A stretch of 64,000 nucleotides of DNA from the human T2T-CHM13v2.0 reference genome, Homo sapiens (GCF_009914755.1 NC_060940.1), one strand, 5' to 3'; shown: positions 1 through 16,910, counted from the first letter of the stretch. Notes: a model not told the origin generated them from the sequence alone. Made by a program: numbers and translations.

Positions 1-58
1 CACCCGCCTCGGCCTCCCAAAGTGCTGGGATTACAGGCGTAAGCCACTGTGCCCGGCC
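1..58 (-). mobile_element. Alu 5' end (cut by window edge)
   Basis: cctcggcctcccaaagtgctgggattacaggcg...cccggcc. Confidence 0.95.
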
Positions 59-674
59 TGGTCTAAGCAATTCTAACCATGCAGACAATGTGCAGGTCTT
101 TCCTAGGTGGAAAGCAAGTTTGCCCAAGTCGCACGAGCAAGGCTGGAGTCAGCAATGCCTGTTCCTCTCCCTCTGTTCTCTAATGGTGTGGTCTTCAGTC
201 TACTGTGTGTGGAATCCCCCTCTATTGGGACCACAGCTCCTGGGCTGCAAGCACCTGCTGAGCATGAGGGTCCAGCTTCCAAGCTCACTGTCCCACGGGT
301 GACAAGCAACACAGTGACCTGCCTCCCACATCAGCTGGTGCCAGTATCATGGTGACTCCCTACACACCAGGACCACTGTGTCGCGCTCTGCCACTCAGGA
401 GCCCCAGGGGCCCCCACTATGGCCATCCCAGGACGCCGCCCGTCAGGCTCCCAGGACACTGCCCCAAGCACCCAGCTTCAGTGGGTGTGCTGCCCCGAGA
501 CGCACTCTCACTGTGCCGGGGGGTGGGACCTCTGCAGCCCAGCACGTCCACTCAGTGTCCATGTGCTGCCATGAGCGCCACACTGTGTCCTCCAGGATGT
601 GGGTCTCTGTTAGTCCCTCCCCTACCAAGCCAGGACAGCCACCTGCTTACAGGGGTGCTGACAAATACTGACTA

Positions 675-1093
<419 letters not shown>

Positions 1094-1674
1094 TTAAAAG
1101 AAAAAATAATCTCTGCTCTTTTCAGCATTTAGAAAATCAGCCAGGCAAAACAATCATTTCCCTTTCTTAGCTAAAAGGTTTGCCAAATGAATACTTGGAG
1201 CAAAATAAGCCTAATTAGTAACAAAAAAATCACCCAGATATAAATGCGTAATTTAAACCCATAATGAAAGCACATGAGGAACTCCTTTCCCTCAAAGTCA
1301 CCACCGAGGGCCTCACTGGACTTAGGACCCAGGAAGGAATGATGAGTCCATCTGCTCGTGACCTGAGTCTCTAAACCAGGAGGACAGACGTCCTGGGTAA
1401 CCGCTGATGGGTGAGCGTTGCACCCCCAGGATCCCTGTAATTATAGGTTCTCAAGGACACCAACACCAGAATCCATATCCCATCTAGAAACTTCTTCCTG
1501 TGATGCCTGCCAAAAGGTCCATTTTTCAGTCCATTATCACAATGAAGGTGAAGTTTTGCTGTTTAGGTCAAAATCATGCATTAGGCAATAGAACGACCTA
1601 GAGATGTCTGAATTCCCCCTCAGTACAACCAAAGGAGTAAGAGAGGCCCAGGTTTGCTTGAAGGCTTACACTAG

Positions 1675-1702
1675 CAAACAAACAAACAAACAAACAAACA
1701 AA
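1675..1702. repeat. (CAAA)n microsatellite
   Basis: caaacaaacaaa... ~7 units. Confidence 0.9.
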
Positions 1703-2594
1703 GAGAAACCAAGAACTGGGAAAGCTGGTCGGTAGCATCACACAGGTCAGATCTGAAAGCCCCATGGTCCGAGGAGCCCATCCTGCCCTGAGTGCACGCA
1801 GCGCATGTGAAGAGTCAGATATAAAGGTGGCTCTTTCACAAACCATTTCGGAAATTTAGACGAACCCTCAATTTATTTAGAATGGGTTATTATATTTTAT
1901 AATTTCTACACAGAAAATATTTTCTAACCATATCATTTTATAACAAATTAGCAATAGCTAATGTTTCCTTTAAAATTTTTCAAGCACACAGAAAAGGATG
2001 AAGGAGAATACAAACACACATCCACCATCTGTTCATTTTGCCATATTTGCTTTAGAATTCTAACATTTAAAAATTACAAATTACATAATGGTTGAAGCCC
2101 CTTATATAAGCCCCACCCTGCTGTGGCTGCTCCTCAGCGTCGATCTGATTTTGGGGCTAAGCATTCCTCTCGGCGCTTTGATACTCACGCTACACACAAG
2201 CCTACACCAAAGCCGGCCGCTGTCTTTGCAGGTAACGCATTGGACGGTTCCTGCCGTACCTTTTCCCTTCAAGTTGTGCTCTGGGGTCTATCTGTGTGGA
2301 TACAGGCAGTTCTACTATTCTTATGACAACTGCAGTGTGCGCTCCTCGTTGTCTGAAAAATCCATTCTCCTGTTGACTAACATTTGTTTTTTCCAACTTT
2401 TTGCGAATACAAACAACACTAAAATGAGTATTTGTCTGTTTCTTTACATATCTAAAGTTTATAACTAGAAATGGAATTTCTAGCAAGAAACTGTAAAATG
2501 CTTTGTAAAATATCTGATGAAATGTCACACTGTATAGTCATTCACAAACATGTCATCTTTCACTTTTGATTAGGGCAGATGTCTTCTGTTGTAA

Positions 2595-2892
<298 letters not shown>

Positions 2893-4135
2893 CCTGTTGT
2901 AAATCTTTTATCAAGAGATCTTGGTTAGACAAGGGGAAACAGTACTTTGCACATCATCTTTTTTTCTAACATGATTACATTCTACAAAAAGAGACAATAT
3001 AATTAACAAATTTCATTTAAATAAAAACTATAAACTCAAGTGCTAACAGGAGGCTGTTCATTGGCAAAACAAAATCTTGGAAGAGGCACAAGGGCCCAGA
3101 GAGCTCTGAAACCCCAGAAATCACACAGAAAATGTACAGGTATGTGGACAGTCCTGGGGAGAGGATGCACAGCTTTTGCCCAATTCTCAGAGAGTCCAGA
3201 CCTGAAAAACGTTTAGGAAGGCACCTTTTCAATGTCCAAATGTGGGCAGTGATGTGGGAGTGAACATCAGCCAATAGAGTCCTGGACGGACATTCTACCT
3301 TCCAAAGCAGACCAGACTCACCAACACACCCAGAAAGAACATTTTTAAAATATAAATGGCTTCAGAATCCTTTAACATATGCCCAGGAAAAAATTAATAA
3401 GTCATAACCCAAGTCATGTGGACTGTTTATATGCAATATTAGAAAAGAAATCAAGGTTTCCACTGCGAAAAGCCTGAAACCCACAGCTCTGTTTCTAAGG
3501 TGAATGAGATGGGTGAGATCCGCGGAGAAGACTGGACTTCTGCTGCCATCATGGCAAGCAGACCCGGTTTGGAAACAATGCTGTGGGTCCATTTCTCTCT
3601 GCATTAAATACACCACAGGATTTTTCGTTTTAAATTATTAATCAGGCAATCAAACCAAAAGGAAGCAGACAATTTAAGTTGTAACAGGGCAATCTGCAGA
3701 TTCTCACAGGTTGGAGGGATAAGGCCCCAACGTGAACAGACCCCACCAAGCAGCTTCCCAGCCTTCCAGAAGGTTCCAGAAGGCCTGTGTGGGCTGCTGG
3801 GCTCGTCACCTTAGCAACGGCTCTAAACATATGTGCAGTGACACCAGCTGATTTCTGAAAGCTGTAAATAGAGGATAATGGCATAAAAAAAATTCCAGAT
3901 TAAAGGACCACCCACTGCCTCCTCTCCCACCCCATCCAGCCCATAAATCCCACCGTTAACACTGGGAGCAATGCCACGTATGCAAACGTGGCTTTAATCC
4001 CCTCACACACCTATTCATCTGCATAATGATATACCTACAAAAGCAAAATAAGGTCCTTGGGTTAACTCTCTCTGCACAAACGTGCACAAACAAAAAGTGG
4101 CCAAGAGATGGCAGAGTCTGGCACGGATGGACCAG

Positions 4136-4404
4136 CCCACAGCAGCCACGGCCCACGGCGGGAGTGCTGCACCTCCACCCACAGCGGCCACGGCCCACGG
4201 CAGGAGTGCTGCACCTCCACCCACAGCGGCCACGGCCCACGGCGGGAGTGCTGCACCTCCTCCACGAACAGCAGCCACGGCCCATGGCAGGAGTGCTGCA
4301 CCTCCACCCACAGCGGCCACAGCCCACGGCGGGAGTGCTGCACCTCCACTGCCCACAGCGGCCACGGCCCACGGCGGGAGTGCTGCACCTCCACCGCCCA
4401 CAGC
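4136..4404. repeat. GC-rich minisatellite, 42/45-bp unit, ~6.2 copies
   Basis: Unit cccacagcggccacggcccacggcgggagtgctgcacctcca at 4136, 4178, 4220, 4265, 4307, 4352. Confidence 0.95.
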
Positions 4405-5339
4405 TCTGCTTCCCACCCTCCACCTCACACCACCATGGGCACTTGGTCCCTTCTCTCAGGGCCCTTCTAGATCTTGGCGTCTGGGCCTCAAAGCACAACA
4501 CAGGTACTGACAGGTAGGTCTCCACCATGAGAGAGAAAAAGATGAGGTCAACTGCCTGGGCAAAGGTTCCAGGTGGAACATCAAGAGCTGCTGGTGAATG
4601 AGAGCGGCAGCCCAGGCTCAGACCTCAGAACCAGCTTCTATCTTTGAAGGATGCAGCCCATTTCACCTGAGAGTCGGAAAACGTTGAACTCCCCAGAGAT
4701 GTTGAGGCCTTGGGAAGACAGCATTCGGTCCAGGATAAACCAGCAATACTCTGGACCAGGTTTGCAAAGAACTCGCCCAACAGGAACAAGGCAAAGCGTG
4801 AGGAGGAACGGGCAGGGAGAGGCCAGCGTGAACTCGCTGCGGCCTGCGTGGCTCTCTCCTAGCACACCACGTGCCTGAGCAGGATATGCCTTTTCCTTAT
4901 TTCCCCTCTATCATCTTTCTGAGGCATTATATGGAAAACTGGGTGAATAAATCCCCAAGTATGAGCTGACATTCTTAAGAGAAAAAACAAACTTGATACT
5001 TCATGGTGTAAAAATCTATTTATGGGCCCTACAGAATTACTTCTCACTATAGTCCTCATTAAAATTAAATACTAAATACTCTAAGGAAACACACAATTGC
5101 ATGTTAAAACATGAAAAACATTATTACAGAATAACCAAACTTTTGTTCCCTCAGAGTGCCTTTCTGTGATCGTTTATGCCCAACTGGCAAAGGAGTGGGA
5201 AAGGGACGGAGGTGAATGAAAAGAAGGCTCATATCCCAGAGCCCAAAACAGGCATCATTTACATGCTTCATAATTCCGAATTTGGGATGCACAAACCAAT
5301 AAAGACTATGTACTCATGTCTGTTTGCAAATATAAGCGC

Positions 5340-5612
5340 TTTTTAAATTTTTATTTGAGACGCAGTCTTGCTGTTGTCACCCAGGCTGGAGTGCAGTGGT
5401 GCGATCTCGGCTCACTGCAGCCTCAGCCTCCCGAGTAGCTGGGATTACAGGTGTGTGCCACCACGCCTGGCTCATGTTTTTGTATTTTTAGTGGAGACGG
5501 GGTTTCACCATGTTGGCCAGGCTGGTCTCGAACTCCTGACCTCAAGAGTGATCCACCCAGCTCGGCCTCCCGAAGTGCTGGGATTACAGGTGTGAGCCAC
5601 CGCACTGGGCCT
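5340..5612 (-). mobile_element. AluS with ~33-nt internal deletion in right arm
   Basis: ctgcagcctc joined directly to agcctcccgagtagc; agcgc(a)ttttttaaa on both flanks. Confidence 0.93.
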
Positions 5613-6399
5613 GAGCGCATTTTTTAAAAAGCAATACCTGTGTTCCCAAAAACAGAAAAATTGACATTTAGTTATAAGCTCCAACACTTTAATTGCTTAA
5701 ACTGAATTTGTGGCAAATTATTTCAAAGTAAAAATCAGCTCAGATTTGTGTTTTTATGTGTAATCTCTTAAAAGCCAGGGTACACAGGTATTCCTAACAC
5801 ATAATGTATGTGTGAGTGAGTGAGCGAGCAAATGAGACAGAGCTCGAGGTGGGCTGGAGGCATGTGAGGGTGCACGCGAAACACAGTGCCTCCTCTTGGA
5901 GTTGCCAGAATTCACCTCGTTCAGAACCTCACCCCAGTCAGAAAACACAAGGCAGCAACTGGCCGGAACTTGGTCAGTCACATCCATAAACCACCAATTA
6001 CCTTCACAGACCACGACTAACAGGTTTATTACAGATGAGTCACAGCTCATGTTTTCAAGGAAGGGTCTCCAACTGAGCAGTCACCAGTGCAGCCTGCGTC
6101 AGGGCGCGCCTCCCTCCAGCGGTCCCCGCGTCGCCCATGTCTGACACAGTTTATGCTTCGCAGGCGGTAAGGCTCCGCTCCTCACTCCCATGGACCAACA
6201 GAGTAGGGAAAACGAAGGCACGTTGGAAACTACGGATCACGGGCTGTTTTGGGTGTGGGAAATCCACCCACCCACACTCACGGCCAGCTCTGACCGACTG
6301 AACCCAGGGGCACATCACAGACATAAATATCGGTGCAGGCGGCCAGCCACTCCTCAAGCCCGGCCCCGCCCCTCCTGCTCCCAGCGGAAGCTTTTGGTG

Positions 6400-6850
6400 C
6401 AGGACTTCCCGGGCCTCAATCTCCTCATCTATAGGCTGGGAACAAACCCTGGAGTCTGTGCTCTGGGAGGAGCACACACGGGCAACCCTGGCTCAGGACA
6501 GATTCCCAGCCCCTAAGTCATCACTAGGGCTTAACGATCCATTTCAAATTACATCTGCACGGTGCTTTACTTTCATACGTTATTTTATTTGGAGCCTCTA
6601 ACGAGCCTCAGCTAACAGATGGTATTATTTCCACATGGCAAACAAAGAGACAGGAGCTGCAACCATCCAAAGACACCTCCTTGCTATGAATGCCTGGCCA
6701 GGCCTCCAGGCAGGACCAGCAACTCCAGACCCCGTCAGGGCCAACACGGGCCACTGCTGTCCACACACTCCTAGAAAATATCCATCTGTCTGAAGCGAGT
6801 GACACAGATTTTACCCTCTTGAGGATAAAATAATCCCATCTGCCAAAATG
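6400..6850. mobile_element. Degenerate MIR fragments
   Basis: gcctcaatctcctcatctata, and attatttccacat..aaagagacaggagc, resemble MIR core. Confidence 0.4.
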
Positions 6851-7045
6851 ACCCACAAATAAAGGCTCCTCCTTGTCTGAACGCTGCCTCAGCGTCTGAG
6901 GGATAAGCCCACAATGCAAGCGTCCGGGAGGACACTCCAGGCTGAGGGGCCCAGGAAGAAAGAGGGCCAGAAATGAGGGCACCCTCATGCATGCTGGGAG
7001 CTGCCGACACCTTCAGACTGGGAAGAACAAAGAGCTCCCAAGCAC

Positions 7046-7091
7046 GAGGGCACGGGAGCACAGCGGAGGGCACGGGAGCACAGCGGAGGGC
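7046..7091. repeat. 20-bp tandem duplication (2.3 copies)
   Basis: gagggcacgggagcacagcg x2 + gagggc. Confidence 0.9.
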
Positions 7092-7769
7092 CAGACGTGA
7101 GGCCAGAGGCGGCTGGAGCAGCAGCTCCCACCCAATAGCAGACGAGGCGTGAGACTCTCAACCACCTTCCAAGTTTTCTCTTCATCTTCAAGAGAACCTC
7201 AAACTGTATTTTCCTTAGTTTCATTACCAGGCTCCTTGTAGAAAATACCAGTGAAAAAGAATGGTTGGCAGAACTGAAAATCTCAGGAAAAAGCACAAAC
7301 ACAGCACACAGCAGAAGCAGGCGCAGATGAGGCAGGAGGAACGGCAAGGCCAAGCGGTGCTCCAGGGAAGCCCAGCTCGGATGGTTTCTCAACCACTCCC
7401 TGCTTAAAAACTGCTTCACGGCCTGAAAGGGCACTAAAATCTGGGAGCATCCACCAGGAAATGGAAAAGGCAAACTCCCAACATAACCACAAAAAGACAC
7501 TGTACAATCTCCAAACTGTAAAGATGGAAAAAAAAAATGGAGCGGCAAAAAAACATATTACAAGCCCCCCCTCCCCACCCCCCGGCAAAAGGAGAGAGAG
7601 AAGACCCATCACGACAAACGGATGGAAAGCACTCGACCCCACAGAGCTCAGTGCCGACACCCCCCGGCACCTGGTGCCCCATCTGGGGAGGCTCTGCCCT
7701 CGTGGGTGGACGAACGCTGGCTGCTATTAAGGGCTAGCACTGGGAGGCAGTCCCGTCCATTCCTCTGTC

Positions 7770-7940
7770 CCTGCAGCCACGGAAGGACGAAGCCCCAAGC
7801 ACGGAGGCAGAGACCAGGCCCTCCAGTGGCCCCAGGCTCTCCAACTTCCAGCTTCCAGAACTGTGAGAAATAAATTTCTGTTCTTTATAAATGAACCAGT
7901 CTCAGGCATTTTGTTACAGCGGCATAAACAGGCTAAGGGA
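7770..7940 (+). mobile_element. ERVL-MaLR LTR 3' part (MLT1A/MST-like)
   Basis: cttccagcttccagaactgtgagaaataaatttctgttctttataaat..cagtctcagg..ttttgttacagc. Confidence 0.8.
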
Positions 7941-8064
7941 AAAAAGTAAATGGACTAAGAAATACAAGACCAAGTTTGTCAGATTGGAATGGAAAAAGTA
8001 ATCCAGCTGGCTCAGCACGAGCTGAGTGATGTTTAATCCATGAACAAACATTTCAGAAAATACA

Positions 8065-8111
8065 CACCAGGTGCATGCTGTGCACACCAGGTACATGCTG
8101 TGCACACCAGG
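8065..8111. repeat. 20-bp tandem duplication
   Basis: caccaggt(g/a)catgctgtgca x2 + caccagg. Confidence 0.85.
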
Positions 8112-8280
8112 CTGGGCTTCCTCTATCAATGCTAGGTACAGACTTGAGGCCAGAATGCATTCCAGGAGGTAAGGTGAGCCACTATAATATGGCAAAAAGT
8201 TCCTTTCACAAGAGAGCTAAGACGGTCCGACATTTATGCAAATAAAAGCCTCTGAGTAAAGAACAAGAATCAACAGAACA

Positions 8281-8589
8281 GGCCAGACACAGGCTCATGC
8301 CTGTAATCCCAGCACTTTGGGAGGCCAAAGCAGGCGGATCACTTGAGGTCAAGAGTTTGAGACCAGGCTGGCCAACATGGAATGACCCTGTCTCCACTAA
8401 CAACACAAAAAAAAAAAATTAGCCGGGCGTGGTGCCGGGCGCTTGTAATCCCAGCTACTCGGGAGGCTGAGGCAGGAGAATCCCTTGAACCCAGGAGGTG
8501 AGGTTGTAATGAGCCAAGATCACGCCACGGCACTCCAGCCTGGGCGACAGAGGGAGACCCCGTCTCAGGAAAAAAAAAAAAAAAAAAAA
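8281..8589 (+). mobile_element. AluS
   Basis: Full dimer; TSD aagaatcaaca(g/c)aaca. Confidence 0.95.
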
Positions 8590-8649
8590 GAATCAACACA
8601 ACAGAGAAAATGCGCCTCAGCCACGGAGCAGATATTAAAGTGCCTTTCA

Positions 8650-9290
8650 GTAAAGAACAGACAAGGAGACAACCCTAACCCAGACTACAAGACAGAAGAT
8701 CTGAAAGCAAGACCAAGCTGGAGCTAAACATATAAAATCATCCAATAATCACATAGAAAATAACACAATAATCACGCAATCCATTTTTCAAGCTCCCAGG
8801 GAACAACAGTCATCCAAACTTGATCACACAGACAACTACACCACACGCCTAAAAACTGTGAGAGTCACCTTCTGAAGTGACAGTGCAGTTCAGATGGGAG
8901 GATGGTGACCAGAAAACACAGCCTTCAATCTGGGAATTAAGAAATGCATTTCTAAGGATGAGGGAGGAGGGAAACCAGAGTAGGAATTTCGAATATTCAA
9001 AATTGGAAATGACAGAGATGCTATACAGCAAGGTGGGAGATCCAGGTAAAGTGGTTGTTAGAGGGAAATGTATTTATATTTATCGCTAGAAGACATCCCA
9101 ATAAAGAGACTCTAAAAGTTAGAATACAACCAAAAGAATAGAAGAAAAACATGAGAAATGTACAAACATAAACGAAACAAAAAGCAAACATGTAACAGAG
9201 ACTAAACAAAGTCAAAGGTGAGTTTTATTTTAAATGACCTATAAAATAGAGAACAAGCTACACGACACAATAGGAAAGCAACTAGACAAA
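8650..9290 (+). mobile_element. Old L1 (L1M) ORF2 5' region remnant
   Basis: aaagtggttgttagagggaaatgtattt; caaccaaaagaatagaag; ataaaatagagaacaagcta resemble L1 ORF2. Confidence 0.55.
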
Positions 9291-9646
9291 ATAGGAAGGC
9301 GCGAACTGTCTGCGAAGCAAATGGCCCAATCCCCAAGGTTGGTCAGTAGCAGGAAGAGAAGGCTCTGCTGGGCGAAAGGCCAGCTAAAGGGGGTGACTGA
9401 GCACATGGGCTGGGCTCCTAGGCCCGTGGAGGTGTCTCTCGTTGGTCCGGGCATCAGAGGAAGCAGCAAGCAGCTTGCTGAAATGGAAATGTGAATGAAA
9501 ACACTGCCACAGCAGCACCTGGGTGAGGGCTTCTTTCAATCTCTGGCAGTGTAGCCTTGACAAGCTGACACATAAGCCTGACTGTCGCACATGTGTGTAC
9601 CTGTATGTGTGTACGTGAACATGTACACATAAAAAGAGTTCCGTTC

Positions 9647-9995
<349 letters not shown>

Positions 9996-10099
9996 TTATC
10001 GGTTTTTCCTAATTTTCTAAAATGTTGAGTATTGCTTCAGTAATAAAGGTTACTTTTTAAAAAAGAATACAAAGAGATGACCACAAACATCTCCAACAT

Positions 10100-11190
<1,091 letters not shown>

Positions 11191-11213
11191 TTAAAAAAAA
11201 AAAAAAAACACCC

Positions 11214-11447
11214 AGCCGGGCATATCACCTGAAATCACGAGTTCAAGACCAGCCTCGTCAACATGGTGAAGCCTCATTTCTACTAAAAATACAAAAACTA
11301 GCCAGGAGTAGTAGAGCGCACTTGTAATCCCAGCTACTCAGGAGGCTGAGGCAGGATAATCGCTTGAACCTGGGAGGCGGAGGTTACAGTGAGTCTAGAT
11401 GGCACCACTGCACTCTAGCCTGGGGGACAGAGTAAAACACTGTCTCA

Positions 11448-11480
<33 letters not shown>
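11214..11480 (+). mobile_element. AluS with left-arm deletion
   Basis: gccgggca joined to tatcacctga; long polyA. Confidence 0.9.
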
Positions 11481-11483
<3 letters not shown>

Positions 11484-11565
11484 TAATAATTATAGTAATC
11501 AAGACAGTGTGGTGTTAGCAAAAGAATCGATAAATAGAATGATGGAACAGAAAAGACCAAAAACA

Positions 11566-11833
<268 letters not shown>

Positions 11834-12177
11834 TCAACTAATTTCTTAACAAATGTAAAGAAATTGAATGGCAAAATAATCTTTTCCACAAATGATGCTG
11901 GAAATAATTGAATATCCTCATGCAAAAAACAAAAACCTCTAACCTTACCTTATGCCATACACAAAAATTATTTCATAATTGAAGTAAATATGACTGAAAA
12001 CTATGTATCTTGTAGAAGAAAACTTGCTCTACGATGCTGGCTTAGAGAGATTTCTTAAAGACACAAAAAGCACAAAGTACCCAAGACAAAACTATGAAGT
12101 TGGACTTCATCAAACTAAAAACTTTAGCTGCTCTAAAGACACTATTAAGAAATAAAAATACAGGCCAAATACTTGTT

Positions 12178-12180
<3 letters not shown>

Positions 12181-12223
<43 letters not shown>
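12181..12223. repeat. (CA)n microsatellite, ~21 units
   Basis: Direct reading. Confidence 0.97.
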
Positions 12224-12226
<3 letters not shown>

Positions 12227-13078
12227 TCAAACAACAAATAGCTGGTAAAGGACCTGTGTCTAGAATCCATAAAGAACTCTCAAAAATCAGCAGACAACCC
12301 GATTTTTAGAAATGAGCAAATGGCAGATATGAAAGTGAAGACACATGCTTCACCAAAGCAAATACATGGATAGTCCCTTCCCCCCACCAAAAAAGCCACA
12401 TGAAAAGACAAGCAACATCATTTGTCACTAGGGCACTGGAAATTAAAACCGCAATTCACTAGAATGGCTAAAATGGAAAAGATGGACTACACCATGTAAC
12501 GGCAAGGACAGAGCAGATGGAATTCCCATTCAACGCTGGTGGGAACACAAAACTGAGTGGTCACTTTGGAAAAGAGTCTGGCAGGTTCTTAACAAGTTAA
12601 ACATTCATGTAACATGTGACCGAGAAACCCAGACCCAGAAAAGGTACCACATCCAGCCATCTGATGCTTTGCATGCAACTACTCATATCAGCTTGACTCC
12701 CAACAGCTAAAACTAGGAAACAACGGACATGTCTATAACTGCTTATTGGATGAACATGCGACATATCTACCCCCTAAAAAGCTACTCAGTAAACTACTGA
12801 CATACACCACAGAACCCAGATCAATCTCAAAAGGAAGATGAAACACACCAGACACAAGAGTCCACACTCAATGATTCCATTCATATTAAATTCTAGTAAA
12901 GCAAAAGCTACAGTGACCGAAAGCACATCAGCATCCTGGGTCCAGGAAATAGGATGACATGCTGCTGCAAAGAGGAAAGGGGGAACTTTCTTGGGGTGAT
13001 GGAAATACTACTCTGTATCATGACTGTGATGGTGGGAACAAGACAGTTCCAACTGATTCCTTAAAACTCTCACATCTG

Positions 13079-13392
13079 TAGTCATGAGCAACATGATGCT
13101 CATGTTGAGTGTGGTCAACAGGCCACATTCATGATGGTGGTATGTGCTACCATAAGATGCTAATGGAGTGGAACGGGTCCCATGGCATAAACACCTACCA
13201 CTGTGTTACGATTTCTTTCCACGATTCAGCAGGGTGACTCAGCAACAGGCTCTACCATGTAGCTTAGGTGTGTGGGAGGCTCTGCCTTCTGGATCTGGGT
13301 ACGCACACTCTGTGATGCTCAGAGGACAAGATCACCTAACAACGCATTTCTCAGGATGCATCCCCCGACCGCTATTAAAATTGATGCATTCC
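13079..13392 (+). mobile_element. Tigger3-like (TcMar-Tigger) non-autonomous element
   Basis: taggtgtgtgggaggctctgcc..cactctgtgatgctc..cacctaacaacgcatttctcaggatgcatcccc. Confidence 0.75.
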
Positions 13393-13979
13393 AAAGTATT
13401 TAAACTGTACCTCAAAGAAGCTCTCAGAGAGAATGCACGGGAGTGGACGATGGCGGGCACAAGAGCTCGTCAAGAGCACTGTTGTGAAGAAAAGCAGAGA
13501 GGCGGCGGCGGCAGCTGGTGGTGGGCATGGGCGAGGGGTTCCACGGCAAAGAATGAAATTGAATGCCCATCACCCCACGCCCACAGGCCGCCAAACACAT
13601 CTGGAAAAGCAGAATACATTCCTGAAGGGGATGGCATCCATGGCCCTAGGGAAGGAAGACCAGATCCCAACAGGAGCAGGATGAGGCTGTCCTTGATACT
13701 GAGCAGGTGGCTGACTTCACCACACACCCTCCACTACCTCCGCAAATCACTCCAGGCATTCATTACCCACTACACCAAATAACTGATTCTCATTTCATAA
13801 ATATACGTATTCAAAGAGGATCCTAGCGAACTTTTTCAAGAAAACACTGGATACAGACTCTCGGGCAGGTCTGTAAGTTAAGGCATGGAGACGAAGCTTC
13901 TCTCTGTGTTTGGCATTGAGGCAATGCTGCTGTGGGCACTGCAGACATAGGCCCTGTGACCTGGGCGCAGGTTCGTGTC

Positions 13980-14225
13980 ATGCCACACAGCATGCAATTC
14001 CATGGACACAAAATGACCAGAACAGCAGACTCAGAGAGGACGCAGAGGCTGCAGGGGGAACAAGGAGTGACGATTAAAGGTCCAAGTTTCTTTCTGAGGT
14101 GACAGCAATGTTCTAGAACTGACAGTCCTGGTGGTTGAACAGACCCGTGAATACACTAACAACCTTTGAACTGTGCGCTTTATCTGGGTAAGCCTACGGT
14201 CTGTCAATCCTCTCAATCAAGCTGG
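13980..14225 (+). mobile_element. L1MB-like 3' end
   Basis: gtttctttctgaggtgacagcaatgttctagaact..gtgaatacactaacaac..ctcaatcaagctg. Confidence 0.7.
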
Positions 14226-14234
14226 TATTATCTC

Positions 14235-14500
14235 TTTTTTGGAGACAGTCTCACTCTGTCGCCCAGGATGGAGTGCAGTGGTGCGATCGTGGCTCACTGC
14301 AATCTCTGCCTCCCAGGTTCAAGCAATTCTCACGCCTCCGCTGAAATGACAGGCACAAGCCACCAGGCCCAGGTAATTTGTGTAGAGGCGGGGGTTTCAA
14401 CATGTTGGTCAGATTGGTCTCAAACTCCTGACCTCAAGTGATCCGCCTGCCTCAGCCTCCCAAATGCTGGGATCACAGGCGTGAGCCATTGCACCTGGCC
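14235..14500 (-). mobile_element. AluS with small deletions
   Basis: Antisense Alu sequence. Confidence 0.9.
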
Positions 14501-15368
14501 GATTATCTTCTTTGAAAAGCATGAGACACGTTTCCCTAGGGATGGAATGCTGGACACGAGACAAGACTTGTCCTAAGGACTGGATCTCACAGTGGCCAGG
14601 TATGCATCACGCCACGCGGTGCAGAGCCCTGGGGGAAGGCAAGTCAAGAAGCCAGGGGTCTAGGCACCGCAATGTCTCAAGGCAGCCCCCCAAGAAAACC
14701 AAGCAGAAGGCCACAGTGACGCCCTCCTGCTCTCAGGTCAGTGGCAGGAGGGCACTTGCTGATGCTGGGCACAGAGGAATGTCAGGGCAGATCTTCAAGG
14801 CTCACACCCTTCAGAGCTTCTGGCAAGCTCAACACAGTGAGCGAGCCCTGCCCCCAAGAGTGAGGCCCCTGTCAGGGCCACTTCCTCTCGCCCTGGCCCA
14901 TCCAGATCTCACACACACTGTGGTAGATCTTTGAAGGGTAAAAGCTCTGTCCGCTCCACTCATCAGCACCAAAGTGTTCTGTGCCTGGCCCTTCTCCACC
15001 CAATTCACCAGTTTATTGAAGCCTCAGCTGGGTGAGTCCCGCTTGCCTCTGAAAATGTGTGTGCTCAGCCAGGCAGATTCTTGAGTGCGTTTCCTATGTG
15101 CTGCTGCCCTCCTTCAAGATGACCACATGGGCCCCCAAGCAGGGCCCCTACCTGCTTTGTCAGCATCTTGTCCTTTCCCTCTTTTCTCTCACGGCTTGTT
15201 CTACTTCACGGCATGTTTAAGCAAAGGGGGTCACTACAACAAAATTATTTTAAAACAAACATACTTCAGAAAAGTTTATGGAAAACATTAAACCTTGAAT
15301 ATATTAACTTTACAGGATCCATTTACTTCACCCTAACACTGAGTTAAAATTATAACAAGAGAAAGTAG

Positions 15369-16112
<744 letters not shown>

Positions 16113-16910
16113 TAATGTTTTTCATGATCAACGGCCACTATGGGAACACAACACACATCAGCCCTGAGACACCCGAAACAAGACAGAGCAGCCTCTGCAG
16201 CCTCTCATGCAGGGAGCGTGGGGCATGTCTGCCACAGGGTGAGGGGCGGCGGGCAGAGATGGAGACATAAAGGCGGAGCTGGCTTCCAGCCTTGTGAACC
16301 AGCCCAGCTGAATGCCCCAAGTCTGTAAATAATTGATGGGAGCCAGAGCACCCAGCCCTGCAGGGCTCTCGGGAGCTGCCCGCCCAACAGTCCCATGCCT
16401 GGCACTCCCTCAGGTGCCGCCTGCAAGGTCACTCCACTGCTTCTAAATAATGCACTGCACAGATGGAGGAAAGTATACCTTTACCCATTCAAATCTTCCA
16501 AGGCACGCATTTTCACAAATTTTACATATATATAACTAAATTTTGCATTCAGCCAAAAAAAAAAAAAAAAAGAAAACTTCATGTTGAAACACTGTATCTC
16601 ACCCTAGAATTTGAAAAGCCTCCTTTTCCTTCTCACTGTCAATCTTTTTTGAAGTCTCAAAAATGATTTTACTAACATTAGACAAATACCCAAATATAAA
16701 AAGTGCTTGACACAGTCAACACTGCAGCAGTGAGGTCCACTATGCCAGCGCAGTGCAGAGCCAGCCCACCTCCCTGCACCAGTGGAAATGTCACAGAGGG
16801 CAGAGGGCAGCGTGCCCAGCACCTGCTCTTGATAGGGAGGGCACTTCTAGGCTGGAATACTCAAGAGATTTGATTGTGTGTCATCAAAGCATGCTTTAAA
16901 TACAAAAGCT

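Noticed and set aside
3956-4528. Six overlapping 110-190 aa ORFs
   Set aside because: Minisatellite translation.
13168-13782. 204-aa ORF
   Set aside because: Starts within a Tigger3-like element; no recognisable protein or splice context.
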